A DNA stretch of 64,000 nt from Camelus dromedarius (Eukaryota), in the NCBI RefSeq assembly GCF_036321535.1, contig NC_087437.1, forward strand, positions 111,478,001 to 111,542,000, given 5' to 3'. The position numbers and the translations under genes were made by a program. This document shows positions 39,964-52,480 of this stretch, in pieces. The notes below the pieces were generated by a model that was not told where the DNA came from, did not search any database, and saw only the letters and a program-made list of their open reading frames with translations. The first letter of the stretch is position 1, and each line of letters begins with the position of its first letter.

Positions 39964-40060
39964 CTGCTTTAGAGATTTTTCTATTTCAACTCTGCTTTCA
40001 AGATTAAAAAGCTCTTTATCTTCTGACACAATTTGCTTTTCAGAGGACCCTAAAACATAA
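39964..40060 (-). CDS. MIS18A: MIS18A coding exon 4
   Basis: Acceptor actttAG, donor GTAA; 97 nt; reads (S)[32 protein letters not shown]. Confidence 0.96.
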
Positions 40061-40348
40061 CTAAAGTATAGTACAACACAAAGTTAAAAGATGAAATGGG
40101 AGTAAATATAAAATTTATGTAATATTAAAACTCAAAATGTATTAAACTATATGTTAGTATCAAGTAAACACATGAAACAACTACTTTTGTTCATAGCAAC
40201 CTACATAGAAAGTTATACCACAGGAAAGCATGCTTTTCTCTGTAACAGCTTTGTCCAGACAGCCCCACATAGTTCCCAGTATCGTAAGTATTTCATTATT
40301 GGGAATAAACTTGCTCTTTAGTAAGCTGGGCGGCAAAACATACAAGGC

Positions 40349-40460
40349 TGTGTGTGTGTGTGTGTGTGTGTGTTTTGTAAACGGAGGTACTGGGGTTAAA
40401 CCCAGGACCTCGTGCATGCTAAGCATGAGCTCTACCACCGAGCTATTTCCCCCTCCCCCA
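40349..40460 (-). mobile_element. tRNA-derived SINE with (CA)n tail, MIS18A intron 3
   Basis: ggaggtactggggttaaacccaggacctcgtgcatgctaagcatgagctctaccaccgagcta; (TG)n at 40349-40372. Confidence 0.85.
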
Positions 40461-42395
40461 ATCATACAGGCGCCCCCTCCACGGGAGGCAAAACATTAAC
40501 ACTTACAGTTCAAAATTCTATTTTACAGTTTAAAAAGATCCTTAAGAAGCCACTGCTGTTTTGCTTTATGTAACTTTTCAGGAACATGTGCATTTTCAAA
40601 TTTGACTTTCAGTAAATAATTTGTGGCATCAACTCCTGATTTCCCAGATTTGGGCAACTGCAACACTTGTAAGTTATGTTTGGCTTCCCTCTCTGGGATG
40701 ATGAGATGCTGTGATTTAGAAAATGCCACACGAGCAGAAAAACTGGCCTGGCAACGGGAGGAAAATAGGCCCAGCTTCGGTAACCAAATAAATCTAAACA
40801 GCAAGGAGGAAAGTGCTAGTATTTCTCAAAAGAAAACTTGATTCATTTGCATTTCTTTAGTAGTCTTTCATCACATGTGACAATTCCAGTGTGTCACTTC
40901 TTTTGTCAAATAAGAACGATCTTCTCTTGTAAACCCTATTTCTGAAAAATGGCATGGGAAGCAAAATTACGGAAGGCAATTAACATCCTATTCTGAAAAA
41001 AAATGAGATGAGGGGAAAAAATGAAATGGCAATGAGTAATTTATAAAGTTGCAAATAAACATTACAGACAGCATGCACTTCTACCACAAACCAGGTTCCT
41101 TGACATTAAAATTCTGCCCCAAGAGGTAACTACCTTAAATTCAACTGTTCAGGAAAAAACTGCTTCAATACTATGACCCCCTGTGGGAGAACCTCCCACA
41201 CGTTTTCTTTTACACACACCTGCATCACTTTTCGAAGTTTTGTACCAACCCTGCTGGACTGAGAGTCCGTGTCTTTCATACTTGTACTCTCACTCACTTC
41301 ATTTTCACAAATCCGGGTAAAGTTCTCATGGAGATTAAAGGAAACAAGATTTGTTTGGGCCTGGGTCTTCCATTTAAATATTAAAAAAACAAGACAGATG
41401 TGACCTCTCTCCAGGCAAGCCTACATGCTTTACAATAATGAGCAGTACTTGCTGTATTATTCTTTTGTGTAAGGACGGTAAAAAGTTTGAAGATTTTATA
41501 ATTTTGATCTAAACCTATCTACTTTCAAAGAAGGTGGCAAAACTGCAGTTATCAAAGAATAATTAAATGAGAAATTATAATATAATAAAAATACTGTTTT
41601 AAATTTTTTAAAGAAAAAAACTAAGAAATTCAACAGGAGTGACAAAAATACCTCGAGAAATGCAAGTGTGGACACTTTCTTTTCTTCTTAAATTGTTCTT
41701 CTTTCTGATTTCTTAGATATCTTAAAAGTCTTAAGGGTTATATCTTCTCCAGGATAAGTGAAAATACATTGGGATCAATTGATTAATTTTGTTCCCCATT
41801 TAAAAAGGCTAATAATTAGATAGCCATTAAGACATCTGTCATCAGCCCCTGATTCACCTTGTCTCCTAACACTTTTCAGAAATCTTGAGAAGTGAAGGTA
41901 CTTCCTTGCATCTCTCAAGAAAATAAAAAGCACACAATCCTTCACTACTTTCAAGGAAATAGTTGGACTGTGTATGTCTACTTTTCCAGAACACCAAAGG
42001 GACTTCTCTCCTGACCTATTTTTGAAATTCCTATTTCTTCATGATATTCTAGGAGGCTAAAAAGTAGAGAAAAAAATAAAATGGGCAAAATATACTGATA
42101 CACACAGCTGCTTTTTAAAAATCCTATTAAAATAAATACCTATTACAAAAAAACTGAACAAATTTTTACTCTGAAAAATGTTCTCAGTGTTTTCTCCTAC
42201 AATTTAGAATGACAGACTTTTCCAATACCAAATAAATCAGGTGCAAACAAACAAAAAAAATCACTGGCTTTGTCAGAAATTACTACTTAAAAATTGTAAC
42301 CAGTGTTGATTTAATTCCAATGTTTTCATACCAGTTTCTCTGCAAAGAACTTTGAGAGTTCAGTTATGAGCTATTCACTTATATAGCAAACTTAC

Positions 42396-42518
42396 CTTTC
42401 AATGGCTTCAACACTGAGGCAAAACAAGTCCCTCTTGTAGTCTAGATCCTCGGGTGTGCATCTGTAAACGTAGCCAAGGCTGAGCGAACACCCCGCGCAG
42501 TACAAAGGCTCCAGAATG
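42396..42518 (-). CDS. MIS18A: MIS18A coding exon 3 (second CxxC)
   Basis: Acceptor gctgcAG, donor GTAAG; 123 nt; reads (C)[40 protein letters not shown](S). Confidence 0.96.
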
Positions 42519-42909
42519 CTGCAGCACAGAAACGCCACAGCGTCAGCAAAGCAGCAACTGGTCAACAAGATTCCACTGTTCAGATCCAGAAACACCTAAA
42601 CGGTTAAGTTGCTGAAGTATATTATCCTGACCCTCCTAAGTCACATATATAAAGAAGGAAAAAGTGACAGTAAGATGCTTACATTGGAAATGCAGAGTCA
42701 CCTCCAGGCCACACTGCCTTAAGCACTAGCGACAAGGGGCATATACAAAAGTGGCAAGAAGGGAGTACACTAAGGCGGTGTTTTTCTAGAATGTAAGCAC
42801 CTCAATCTGGTATTAAGAAAAATTATCTACAATCTGGAAATAAGACAAAAAGATTCTACATGCCCTTTTAATGTTATATTGTGCACCAATGATCATTAAC
42901 ACTCTGGGG

Positions 42910-43140
42910 CCAGGGTAAGCAAATTTTCTCTGTAATGGTCCAGAGAACAAATATTTTAGGCTCACAGGCTAGCTGGTGTCTGTCGTAACTACCTGCCTCC
43001 ACCAGTGCATCACAGAAGCCACCACAGGTAATACACAACTGAATGGACCTGAATGGACAGTCTGTGTTCCAGTAAAAATATATTTACAAAAAAAACACAA
43101 AAAACTGGTGCCTGGCCCACGAGCCATAGTTTGCTACCGT
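42910..43140. mobile_element. MER58A-like DNA transposon, MIS18A intron 2
   Basis: cagggtaagcaaattttctctgtaatggtccaga...tgtgttccagtaaaa...gccatagtttgc. Confidence 0.7.
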
Positions 43141-43474
43141 GGAGGTAACATTGTTTGGTTACTACCTACTATTGATTGCTGCCCAGACTCTCTAAAGTTA
43201 GATGATGACTTATAGAAAGAAAACTGATAAGTTACAAATCATTTTAGCCTGGTACAGATGCAAATGTTTTCCATTAAAAAAAAAAAGATAACCCCAAAGG
43301 CTGAGGTTTTACTGTCCTGTAGGACATTAACTACATGTGTCCTATAGAGTATCCTCCTCTAAACCAACTTTGCTATATCCTGGTTCCCTCACTAAGGAGT
43401 TAAAAACACCTTGACATGTGCTCATTACGTATTTGTTAGAGATGACTTTTTAAAAATTATTCTTTGATACTAAT

Positions 43475-43637
43475 TTTTTTTAAGTTTTTCCTTTATTTTA
43501 TTTTACATTTTGCAGGAGGAGGTAATTAGGGATTGATTGATTGACTGATTGATTGATGAATGGAGGTACTGGGGATTGAACCCAGGACCTCATGCGTGCT
43601 AAGCACACACTCTACTACTGAGCTATGCCCTCCCCCC
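43475..43637 (-). mobile_element. tRNA-derived SINE, MIS18A intron 2
   Basis: SINE head on the minus strand; near-TSD GATAC(T/C)AAT at 43466 and 43639. Confidence 0.85.
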
Positions 43638-44267
43638 AGATACCAATACTTCTCTATCAACTACAAATATGTTCCACAGAGATAATTCACAAATATTTCA
43701 CTTGATCCATCATTATTTCTCCACAACACTGTTCCTTCATTCCCAATATTTCTCAACTCAGGTTCTGCAAAATTGAAAATATTTCCTCATGTCAATTCAG
43801 GTCTTCTTTAGCACTTAGAATCTTCTGTCTCCCAAATGCCTTGTCTAATTGACCCAAATAGAAATACCCATACAAAAGTTACAGTTCTAAGACATAGCAA
43901 ATTGATAACTGGAGATTCAAATCTAGTAATGATCATGATAGTGCAATATATATCACAAAAGGTAGCTGTTATTCCAAAAGTATTATAATTCCTTTGGGTA
44001 TGTGAGACACTTTTAATAACTAAATAGCTATTTCTGCTATCAAGCAAATTGGAGCTAACCAAGACTCAAACAGCATATTATAGATTGCATTACTGTTTGC
44101 CTAGATACTAAGAGACAGTCTTAATTGCTGTGGCAACATACAGAAAAAAGAACAAAAAACAAAATGGATCACTGCCTGATATTATAAGCTCTCATTGATG
44201 GTATAATTAGATAATATATCAGAATCATATATTAAGCCTTTATATGGGCTTTTATAAGCTTCTGTTA

Positions 44268-44802
44268 TTTTTTTTCTTGAAGTATAGTCAGTTTACAATG
44301 TTGCATCAATTTCTAGTGTACAGCATAATGTTTCAGTCATACATACACATACATACATTCCTTTTCATATTCTTTTTCATTATAGGTTACTACAAGATAT
44401 TGAATATAGTTCCCTGTGCTATACAGTATAAACTTGTTGTTTATCTATTATATACATAGTAGTTAGTATCTGCAAATCTCGAACTCCTAATTTATCCCTT
44501 CCCATCTCCTTTCTCCCCTGGTAACCATAAGTCTGTTTTTTATGCCTGTGAGTCTGTTTCTATTTTATAAATAAGTTCATTTGTGTCTTTTGGGGGGGAT
44601 GGGAGGGATTGCAGATATATGTGATATCATATGGTATTTTTCTTTCTCTTTCTGGCTTGCTTTACTTAGAATGATGATCTCCAGGTCCATCCATGTTGCT
44701 GCAAATGGCGTTGTGTTATTCTTTTTTATGGCTGAGTAGTATTCCATTGTAAAACCATACCACAATTTCTTTATCCAGTCATCTGTTGACGGATGTTTAG
44801 GT
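44268..44802 (-). mobile_element. L1 3' end, MIS18A intron 2
   Basis: Translation EYYSAIKKNNTTPFAATWMDLEIIILS (end of ORF2p) followed by L1 3'UTR. Confidence 0.9.
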
Positions 44803-46887
44803 CAATTATGTTTTTATATAAGAAATAGAAAAGCATTTTAATAAGCCCCACAGAGGAATCCTACCTATACTACCAACAGTGAAAGGAAAATTTGCTACAT
44901 ATCAAAACTAGTAATTGAGACCAGGCCACTATACACAATTACCAAGATTGTGAAATGATATCTAACGTGGGTGTCATCAGACAAGAAAGGATTCTTAGAT
45001 AAAACTAAAACACAAAATAGACTGATCAATGCATAAGACTTTTATTCTGAATTATCAAAGTCAAACTGATGCCACTAAAGAGTGCAGGCAAACCCATTCA
45101 CTTCTTGAGAAGCAATGAAGAGATGGCAGTCTCTGTTATCACAGCATCTTTCTGCTTTCACAGCTGGCAAATATTTGGCCAGCATTCACCCTTGTCATTT
45201 ATGGAGAAAGCAGTGCCAGAAATCATAAGGTGATTTTAGACAAGGAATGAATTAGCTTGTAGGAAAATTAGCAAATGACAGAATCAGGGTGAATAGAGGA
45301 AAGAGAGCACTGCTACCTTTACAATGTAATTCCAAAACCCACAAGTACTCCTGTCGACCTTCTGCAGAATGGCTCAGGCAGCTATTCAGTAGGATAGCTC
45401 TATGAAAAAATTCATGAGCATCCTAAAGCAATAAGGTATTTCCCGAAGTGACCTGTGACGCTAGTGAAATTCAAGACAATGGAACACGGCATAAAGGACG
45501 TGTTCAGGGGATACAAGTAAACAGGACTAAGTAACACTGGTCCAAAGACTGAAAGTCAATTCCCTTTTCAATTCTTTATCAATCCTAATTGTTAAAAGAA
45601 GAAAAGTCTCAGTCTGGTGCTAGAATGTCTTTAGCTTGTATCTCACAGTTGCAAATCTTTTAACAGTAAGAGAACAGACCTCAGGCTCAGAACCAGCCAG
45701 GGAATAGTATCTCAGCTAGAATTTAATAACATTTGTTTTCACTGTAATTATCTTCACAGTTACTTTCTGGTTACAGCAAGTGATACCCTTATGACAGTAA
45801 TATAAAGATTCCTTTTTTTAAAAATTGTGTCAATTTAATGAAAAATATTAAGTACATGATAGCACAGCTATCAGAAATAGGGCAAAAATGGTAAAGGTGA
45901 CATCAAGGTGACTAGAGTCGGGAAGCAGAGAAAACTTTGCAGGAAGCAAAGAGAGATAACAAAGCATCATCCTAGCTTTTAACTGATTAGTCCTGTATCC
46001 TTAGTGAGTTCTAACCTCCCCAGGCCTCACTTTCTTCAGCTACAAAATGAGAAATGACCTAGCACTGGGTTTTCCAAATCACCTGCACGCCAGCAGTACA
46101 ACTGCTATTACATCCACGTAGTACCTGTCCTATCATGAATTTAATTCTCCTTAGGTAAAGTAATTTTAATTAAAATACACTTTATTTGAATAGGACTCTC
46201 TAGCATTATTAAAAATGAAAACCCAATATTTTAAAATACACTTAAAGTATACTTATGATTATTAATTTCTGTTTAATTGCTTGTGTACCACTTATTCACG
46301 TACAATGGGCAGCAATTCTGTAAGGCAGAGCTTCCCATTCCATTCGCTGAGGACGCCACTTGCGGCAGATGGGTGGGAGGCAGAGCCAGATACTGACACT
46401 TCACGCCTCAGGGTGGCAGCACAGGCCCTGCGATTGCTGGAGCCCCGCGCTGTTCCTTCCGCAGCCTTGTCTGTTGACCTCAGAAGGCCCTATGTCTGTG
46501 TGCATGTGGGAATGCACATTAGCATTTTCTTTGATTGTCATGACATGAAGAAGGTGGGGAGCATTTGTCTAAACCATCTTTTGGCTCTGAGATTTCATGA
46601 TGCAGGTATTTTCTTCTTCTATTTTTATTTTCAATTTTCTTCAGCACCAAACCCAAAGATCCAAAAAGGGAGTATCAGAATGTGCCTTGAGAAATTTAGA
46701 AACCCTTCCATCTCATCTATAAGTAGACCACCACCACTCAAAAACTGATATATCAGAACGACTGATTTTATACTGATCACTATGAAAAAGTTTTATCCCA
46801 AATCCTACTGCTAATGATCTTTTTAAAGATTTTTATTTCAAAAACATTTTCTCTAACATATATATTCACACCGATAGCCTTACTCAC

Positions 46888-46954
46888 CAACCATTTTCAT
46901 TTTGACGTTTGGACAGTATCTGTTCCTTATCCACAGAAACGTTACAGGAAACAG
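46888..46954 (-). CDS. MIS18A: MIS18A coding exon 2
   Basis: Acceptor ttctttctAG, donor GTGAGT; 67 nt; reads (S)VSCNVSVDKEQILSKRQNENG(C), in phase with exons 1 and 3. Confidence 0.96.
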
Positions 46955-47027
46955 CTAGAAAGAAGAAAGTAACTACTTACTAATGCGGTTTGTTGTGATA
47001 CATATGAAAACATTTAGAGAACTTCTA

Positions 47028-47203
47028 TTCTACACAGATTTTATTTATTTACTTTTGGTATTGTTACAAGCCTTTTGGGGGGGGATGGGGGAGGTGATTA
47101 GGTTTATTTATTTAATTATCTTTTAAATGGAGGTACTGGGGATTGAAGCCAGGACTTCATGGATGCTAAGCACACACTCTACCACTTGAGCTATACCCTC
47201 CCC
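47028..47203 (-). mobile_element. tRNA-derived SINE, MIS18A intron 1
   Basis: Perfect 13-bp TSD TAGAGAACTTCTA at 47015-47027 and 47204-47216. Confidence 0.9.
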
Positions 47204-47849
47204 TAGAGAACTTCTAATTCAATTTTCATTTTAGAACTCAGAAGGCCAAAAAAAATAAGGGTCCAAAGTCACATACACACAGGGGTGGTTTAAAACTAAA
47301 TGTACAGGTCTTCTGGAAAAAGATAGCAGAACAGAAGTTATTTCCTTCCCATCCCATGAACTTAACCAAATGAATAAAATTAGGGGATGAAATTCAATTG
47401 ACAATAAAACTTGGAACAACCAGAACCTCAAACCACAGACTACCAAGAATATTCACCAGACAGTAAAATTGGGATCAAAACCAAGGAAGACGATAAAAGC
47501 CTGCATACACATCTCTAGATCTCAAACACAGAGCTCATTTTTCTAGAAGTAATTGAGAGGGTCCTCAGGAACCCAGCCCCAAATCTTTTAGACCACAGCT
47601 TGGACAGGGGTCACAGATGAACCCTAGAAAAGCAGGAAACATCCCCGGGGGACCCAAGTCCAGGATACATTAGAGGAGGGGGTGGAGGGACATGAAGAAG
47701 GTACATCAGACCTAAAACGGCCAGACCAGACTCTTGATGTCACCTCTTCCTAGAGTCCACCTTAACTGGGTAAATCCACCTCCATCTACCCGGTGTCATC
47801 CTTGATTCCTCATCCCCTGGCCCTGCTCCCCTACATCCACTCCACTCAT

Positions 47850-48180
47850 CAGCCCTATCAATACTACCTGACAACCCTCACTCCACCCCCACACCACCCC
47901 CACCTCCCCTGCCCGGACGACTGCACTAGCTCCTGACTGACCTCTCCCCACTTCCACGCTTATTCTCCTCTTCAGTGCGTCCTCCAAAGAAAAAACTGGG
48001 TCATTTCACCCTCCTGCTTAAACACCTCATTCACTAGAATAGATTCTACAGAACAGCCTACAAGGTCCTGAATTTTCTGGCCCTTTCCTTTCTCCTTAAA
48101 TCTTATCTTTATTCTACTATCCGGCCACACTAGCCTCAAGGCCTTTGCACTAGCTGCTCCCTCGTGCCTGGAAAAAGCAA
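47850..48180. mobile_element. L2 fragment, MIS18A intron 1
   Basis: ggactgcactagctcctgactgacctc-like start...ccggccacactagcctcaaggcctttgcactagctgctccctcgtgcctggaa. Confidence 0.6.
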
Positions 48181-49479
48181 CACGCATGACCCCAGAACTG
48201 AACATGCAGCCAAGCTGACATTCATGTACAAAGACAATATAATGACATTTTCAAGCACTCCAACTTGAAGTTTTCTTGGGGATGAGGAGACCACTGATGA
48301 CGATTAATCAAATAAACAACTCAGGAATGAGACAGCTATTAATAAGCTTTCCTATTAATAAAAGTCCTGGAGTTGAGAAATCAGTTCATAGAAACATTAA
48401 GCCAAATGATCATGCTATGGCTACAGAAATGTTATAAATCTTGACAAAGTAAAAATAATTAAACTAACTCAAATTGGGGTCGCGGGAATAGAAATTAATC
48501 TAAAAGTTCATTTCTTTACCTTTCTTTGGGAGGGAGGAAAGATGAAGGGGTGTGTTAAATTGATTTCTCTAAAGCTGACAAAAAATATATATATATACAC
48601 ACATACATACATAAAATATATAAAATACTTAAATTTTAAAAACTACTAGTATAGAACAACTGGATAAAAGAATCCTATTTTAATAGATAAAACAAAACAA
48701 AGGAAAGGGCCCATGTGATAAAGATGTAAGTATGGTAAAACTGAAGACTTAACACCAAACGTATTATTTCTTAAAAAGTCGTAACATAAACTCACCCACC
48801 AAAATAAAGAACTTCTCCTACTGTATCAAAAATCCCAACCGAAATACATACATGCTGTTCTAATGGTGGCAACGCTGAAAAAAATTCCCCTAAATAAATA
48901 CTAGGAAAACAACAAAGCAAAAGAACGCTGGGAAAAACCTACAGATAACTGGTGGAGCCAGTATTAGAAGCTAGAACTCCGACCTTAACTCTTTTACAAC
49001 AACCTCCTTCCTCTCCAAATTTTGATGGGATTATTTTACTGAAAGCTTTCACTGAAAGTTTCCTACTTTCTAAAAAAAACAATTTTTATAGCACTGTGTT
49101 CGGTCAACTCTATGGTTTTAACACGTCAGACTGTAAAGGCGTCCGTTGATAATAAGGTCTGAGTAATCAACACTGACATCCCCTGCAGGAAGCAGGTAGC
49201 TGAGCTTAATTTCCTAAATAAACTGTTAACAATATTATTTAACGAGTAACAGCCTGCTAATATCTATGAGGAGTAAGACGCTACACCCCAAATGCTTCAG
49301 CCTAATTGGTCTTTGTTCCCTAACTAATGCTCAGGACGATGCTGATTCCTCTGCTGCTTTTCTGGGATGGGGGACCCCAGAGAAGGACCTGTGACTCGTG
49401 AGCCCAAGATGCAGCGGTGACCCTCCATCCCTTTATCTGGGACAGTTCACCCTCTCTGGTTTTTCTGCTTTTAAAGACC

Positions 49480-50350
49480 CTGGGCAGCCCGAAAGCCACC
49501 TCCGCCTCCTCCTGGGCCGCCCAGGTGCGGCACACCTGGAAAGAAGGCGGCCCCAAGGCTTAGGGCTTCCGCGGCCGGAACTCACAGCGCAGCAGGATGC
49601 AGTTGGTGTCCTCCTGGCTCGTCACCCAGCTCAGAGAATCGCCCAGAGGCCGCCGGCAGCGGGAGCACAGAAACACCAGCGGCCTGTCCTCCTCCTCGGC
49701 CGGCTCCGCAGCCTCCTCGCGCTGCGTCCTTTCCGTGCAGGCCACCGACGCGTCCCCGCTCACGGAGCTCCACATGCTCGCCCACTTCTGCAGCAGCTGG
49801 TGGCGGCCCGAGTCTTCGGAGAGCCGCTTGCCTAACAGCGAGGAGTCGCTCCACTTGCCTTTGTCGCCACATGCACAGCTAGCAGAGGAGCATCCTTTGC
49901 AACAACCCGGAAACCAAGCACCCGCCATTACCTACAAATTGCCCGCGCCGCGGAGAGCCGCGGGAAAAAAGAAAAAAACAAAAAACAAAAAACCTTGCGC
50001 ATGCGCGCGGCAGGGCGCGGCGGCGGAGGCCGAGAAGGGGCTAAAACCTGAGGGGCGGGGCCTGAGGGAAGACTGATCGCGGGCCGCCTGGTAGCGCGCA
50101 TGCTCGCCGTGGAACTGGGCCTGAGCCGGGAGTCACTGCGCCTGCGTCAGGCTTTCTAATCCCACGGAAATGGAGGCTGCTGGAGGTTCGCCTGACGGGC
50201 TATTTGGCGAGGAGAGTTGTCGCTTGTATAGGAGGAAAGCGTGTTTGAGAAAATTACGCGCCGCAAACTAAGTCACCAGCTCCTTACCGAGACCTTCACA
50301 GTGGTTACTAAAGCGAATACGCCGGCCACACACCACCCAGAGACAGGAGT
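49480..50350. promoter_or_regulatory. MIS18A: CpG island / TATA-less promoter of MIS18A
   Basis: Dense CpG around exon 1. NRF1-type TGCGCATGCGC at 49996-50006 with related copies near 50096 and 50137; GC box GGGGCGGGGC at 50052-50061; E2F-type TTTCCCGC on the minus strand at 49960-49967. Confidence 0.85.
49586..49928 (-). CDS. MIS18A: MIS18A coding exon 1 (Mis18-alpha N-terminus and first CxxC of the Yippee-like domain)
   Basis: ATG at 49928-49926. Translation ...[35 protein letters not shown]...[32 protein letters not shown] matches recalled Mis18-alpha. Donor GTGAG follows 49586; 343 nt, phase 1. Confidence 0.97.
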
Positions 50351-52089
50351 TGGGGCACACTCCTGCTTTCGTCCCTCCTCGAGATGCTACAACCCCTCAA
50401 ATTTAAGGTGCCCGAGTCACTTGGGAGCTGATTAAAACATAGGTTTTTGGGTCGCACCTTTAGATTCTGGTTCAGTAGGTCGGGGCGGGCTCAAGAATTT
50501 GCTTAGCAAGCTCCTGGGTGCTGCAGATGCTGTCGGTACGGGCGGGGTCACTTCTGGTTGCCACTGCTCTAGTTCGTCCGCCTGATTTCCTCGAGCTGGA
50601 GAAATCAGGGGTTGTTGGGGAACCACCCTGTCACACGTTCCTTTGCTAGAACAAGACTCTGGGAAAGGCCCCAGGTCACTCAGGCTAGCACCGCAAGGAA
50701 AAGCTGGAGAAGCGGGAGTAGGCAGCGGCGGTGTGGCCGGAAAGCTTGTAAGAGCCTCCCCTGCCTGGATCTGGGAGCCATTCAGCCCTTACACGGAGCA
50801 AGCATCCCTTCTGGGCAGTAAGGACAGCTTTCCTCAGCTGCCCCAGAAAGCCACTTCCGACTTTAAAGCACCACAGATTGAGGCGGGAAAGGCTGGTAAA
50901 GAAGGGACCAGCTGCCTCACAGACAACCTGGCAGCGTATCTAGGAAGAAAGGTATCCCCAGGGAAGATACTTGGGAAGGTATCTGGGAATAAAGGAGTCC
51001 CTTGCTGTTAGGACCCTTTGGGTGTGCCCTAAGTCAGTGCCCACTTTGCTTGCTCAGATAAACTATTTACAAAAAATTTACTTCCAGTTTTCCTGCCTCT
51101 GGCCACTCACTAGCAGAAAGCAAAAGCTTTGGACTCAAAAGCCTTGGGTTGACCTACCCCTCCAAGAGGTATAACCTGTAGGAACCTGTGGAAAGGCTAC
51201 TTGCCTTCCCTGAGTTTAATTATTCAATACACCTGGGGTTGTTAAACGGGGATCAAGTGATATAATATGCATGGAGATACTTTATCTCTAGCACGCTGGG
51301 CCCATGTTAATTAGCCTCCAACTAGGAGACAATGCTTCAAATATTTTAGTTTTTATTTCTCCCATAGAATTTCCTTGCCTCTTTCTGTTTCTTTTGTGGA
51401 AGCAAACCTGACCTCCCCAGACTTTTGTTTTCAAGCACAACATCTCTGGTACAAGTAACTGGGTAGAAACCTTGAATCCAGGTCTTTGCCTCAGACTTTG
51501 GGTTCCTACTGGTAACATTTAAACTCTGTGCTGGGATATTCTAGTGAGGAAGGAATGCAAAGCAAGGCTGCCTGATGACTTTCAGCGGTCCTGAGCAGTT
51601 TTGCCTTAGTAGGCCCGTTCCTCCATTAAAAACAACAACAATAATAATAATTCTGTTTTACAGTGGCATTGCTATTAAGACAAATATACAAATGTTATAT
51701 ATTAAAATATTTACTTTTGCCTAAAAGCTCACTGTATTTCTGATTTCAAAATTAAGACATTTTCATGGGGCCCTAAAAAATCCTCATCCCCAATGCAAAA
51801 TGAACTCCTCCTATAGTCACAGATACGTTTGTATTATGAATATAAACTGTTTAGATACCTAAAAAGTCATATTTTATGTGGACAAAAAGAGATGCTTGAG
51901 CAAGATGACTTTGGACTGGGTGGTTGTAGATGCTTCGTAAACAACCCTTCCCACCCATCCTGTTAGTTATACAACTAGGAGATATGGATCAGGTTGAGTC
52001 TAACCTCCATCACCTCCGCTACCATCACCACCAGTTCCAGGAATGGGTCCCCAGTGGTTTAACCCAATGGGGATAACCCACCTCTCTTC

Positions 52090-52480
52090 CATAGTGATTG
52101 GTGGAGCCATGGCTCCTACCCCAGGCTTAAGCCAGTCATCACATGGTGCTCCCCTGGCACTGGGAATTGACTCAGGATAAGACCTTTACGTAAACTGTTG
52201 AATTTTATCCAGTCAGAGTAAATCTCAAGAGTTTTTTTCAGTAGTTGAAAGAAGAGATATCCTCTTTGTTCCCTGGATATGAACAAGGACGCACATACCC
52301 CGGCTGCTTCAGGCAGCCACCTCATAAACATGGAGAAGGGCTGCCCTGGAGAAGGGCAAAACTGAGAACTACAGAGAAATGGAGCATCTGATCTCTGGAC
52401 TTTTTTCACATATGTGAATTCACAAATTCTTTTTATTGTGGAAGCCAGTTTGAACGGTTTTGTTGTGTTTCTTTTTACTA
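52090..52480. mobile_element. MLT1-family LTR fragment
   Basis: ccctggcactgggaattgactcagg...gcagccacc...tattgtggaagccagtttgaacggttttgttg. Confidence 0.5.

Noticed and set aside
46281..46748. 155-aa plus-strand ORF in MIS18A intron 2
   Set aside because: Non-ATG start, no recognisable domain, antisense within an intron; consistent with chance.
46952..46954. Ser instead of the human Cys at the exon 1/2 junction (ILLR-S-VSC)
   Set aside because: It is not one of the CxxC zinc ligands, and from recall Ser occurs here in rodents.
47880..47915. G-quadruplex-like runs (here and at 60871-60903)
   Set aside because: Such runs are common and lie inside an L2 remnant or the retrocopy UTR, with no evidence of function.
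49398..50076. Plus-strand ORFs of 145 and 159 aa over MIS18A exon 1
   Set aside because: Antisense shadows of a GC-rich, stop-poor CpG island, with no recognisable protein.
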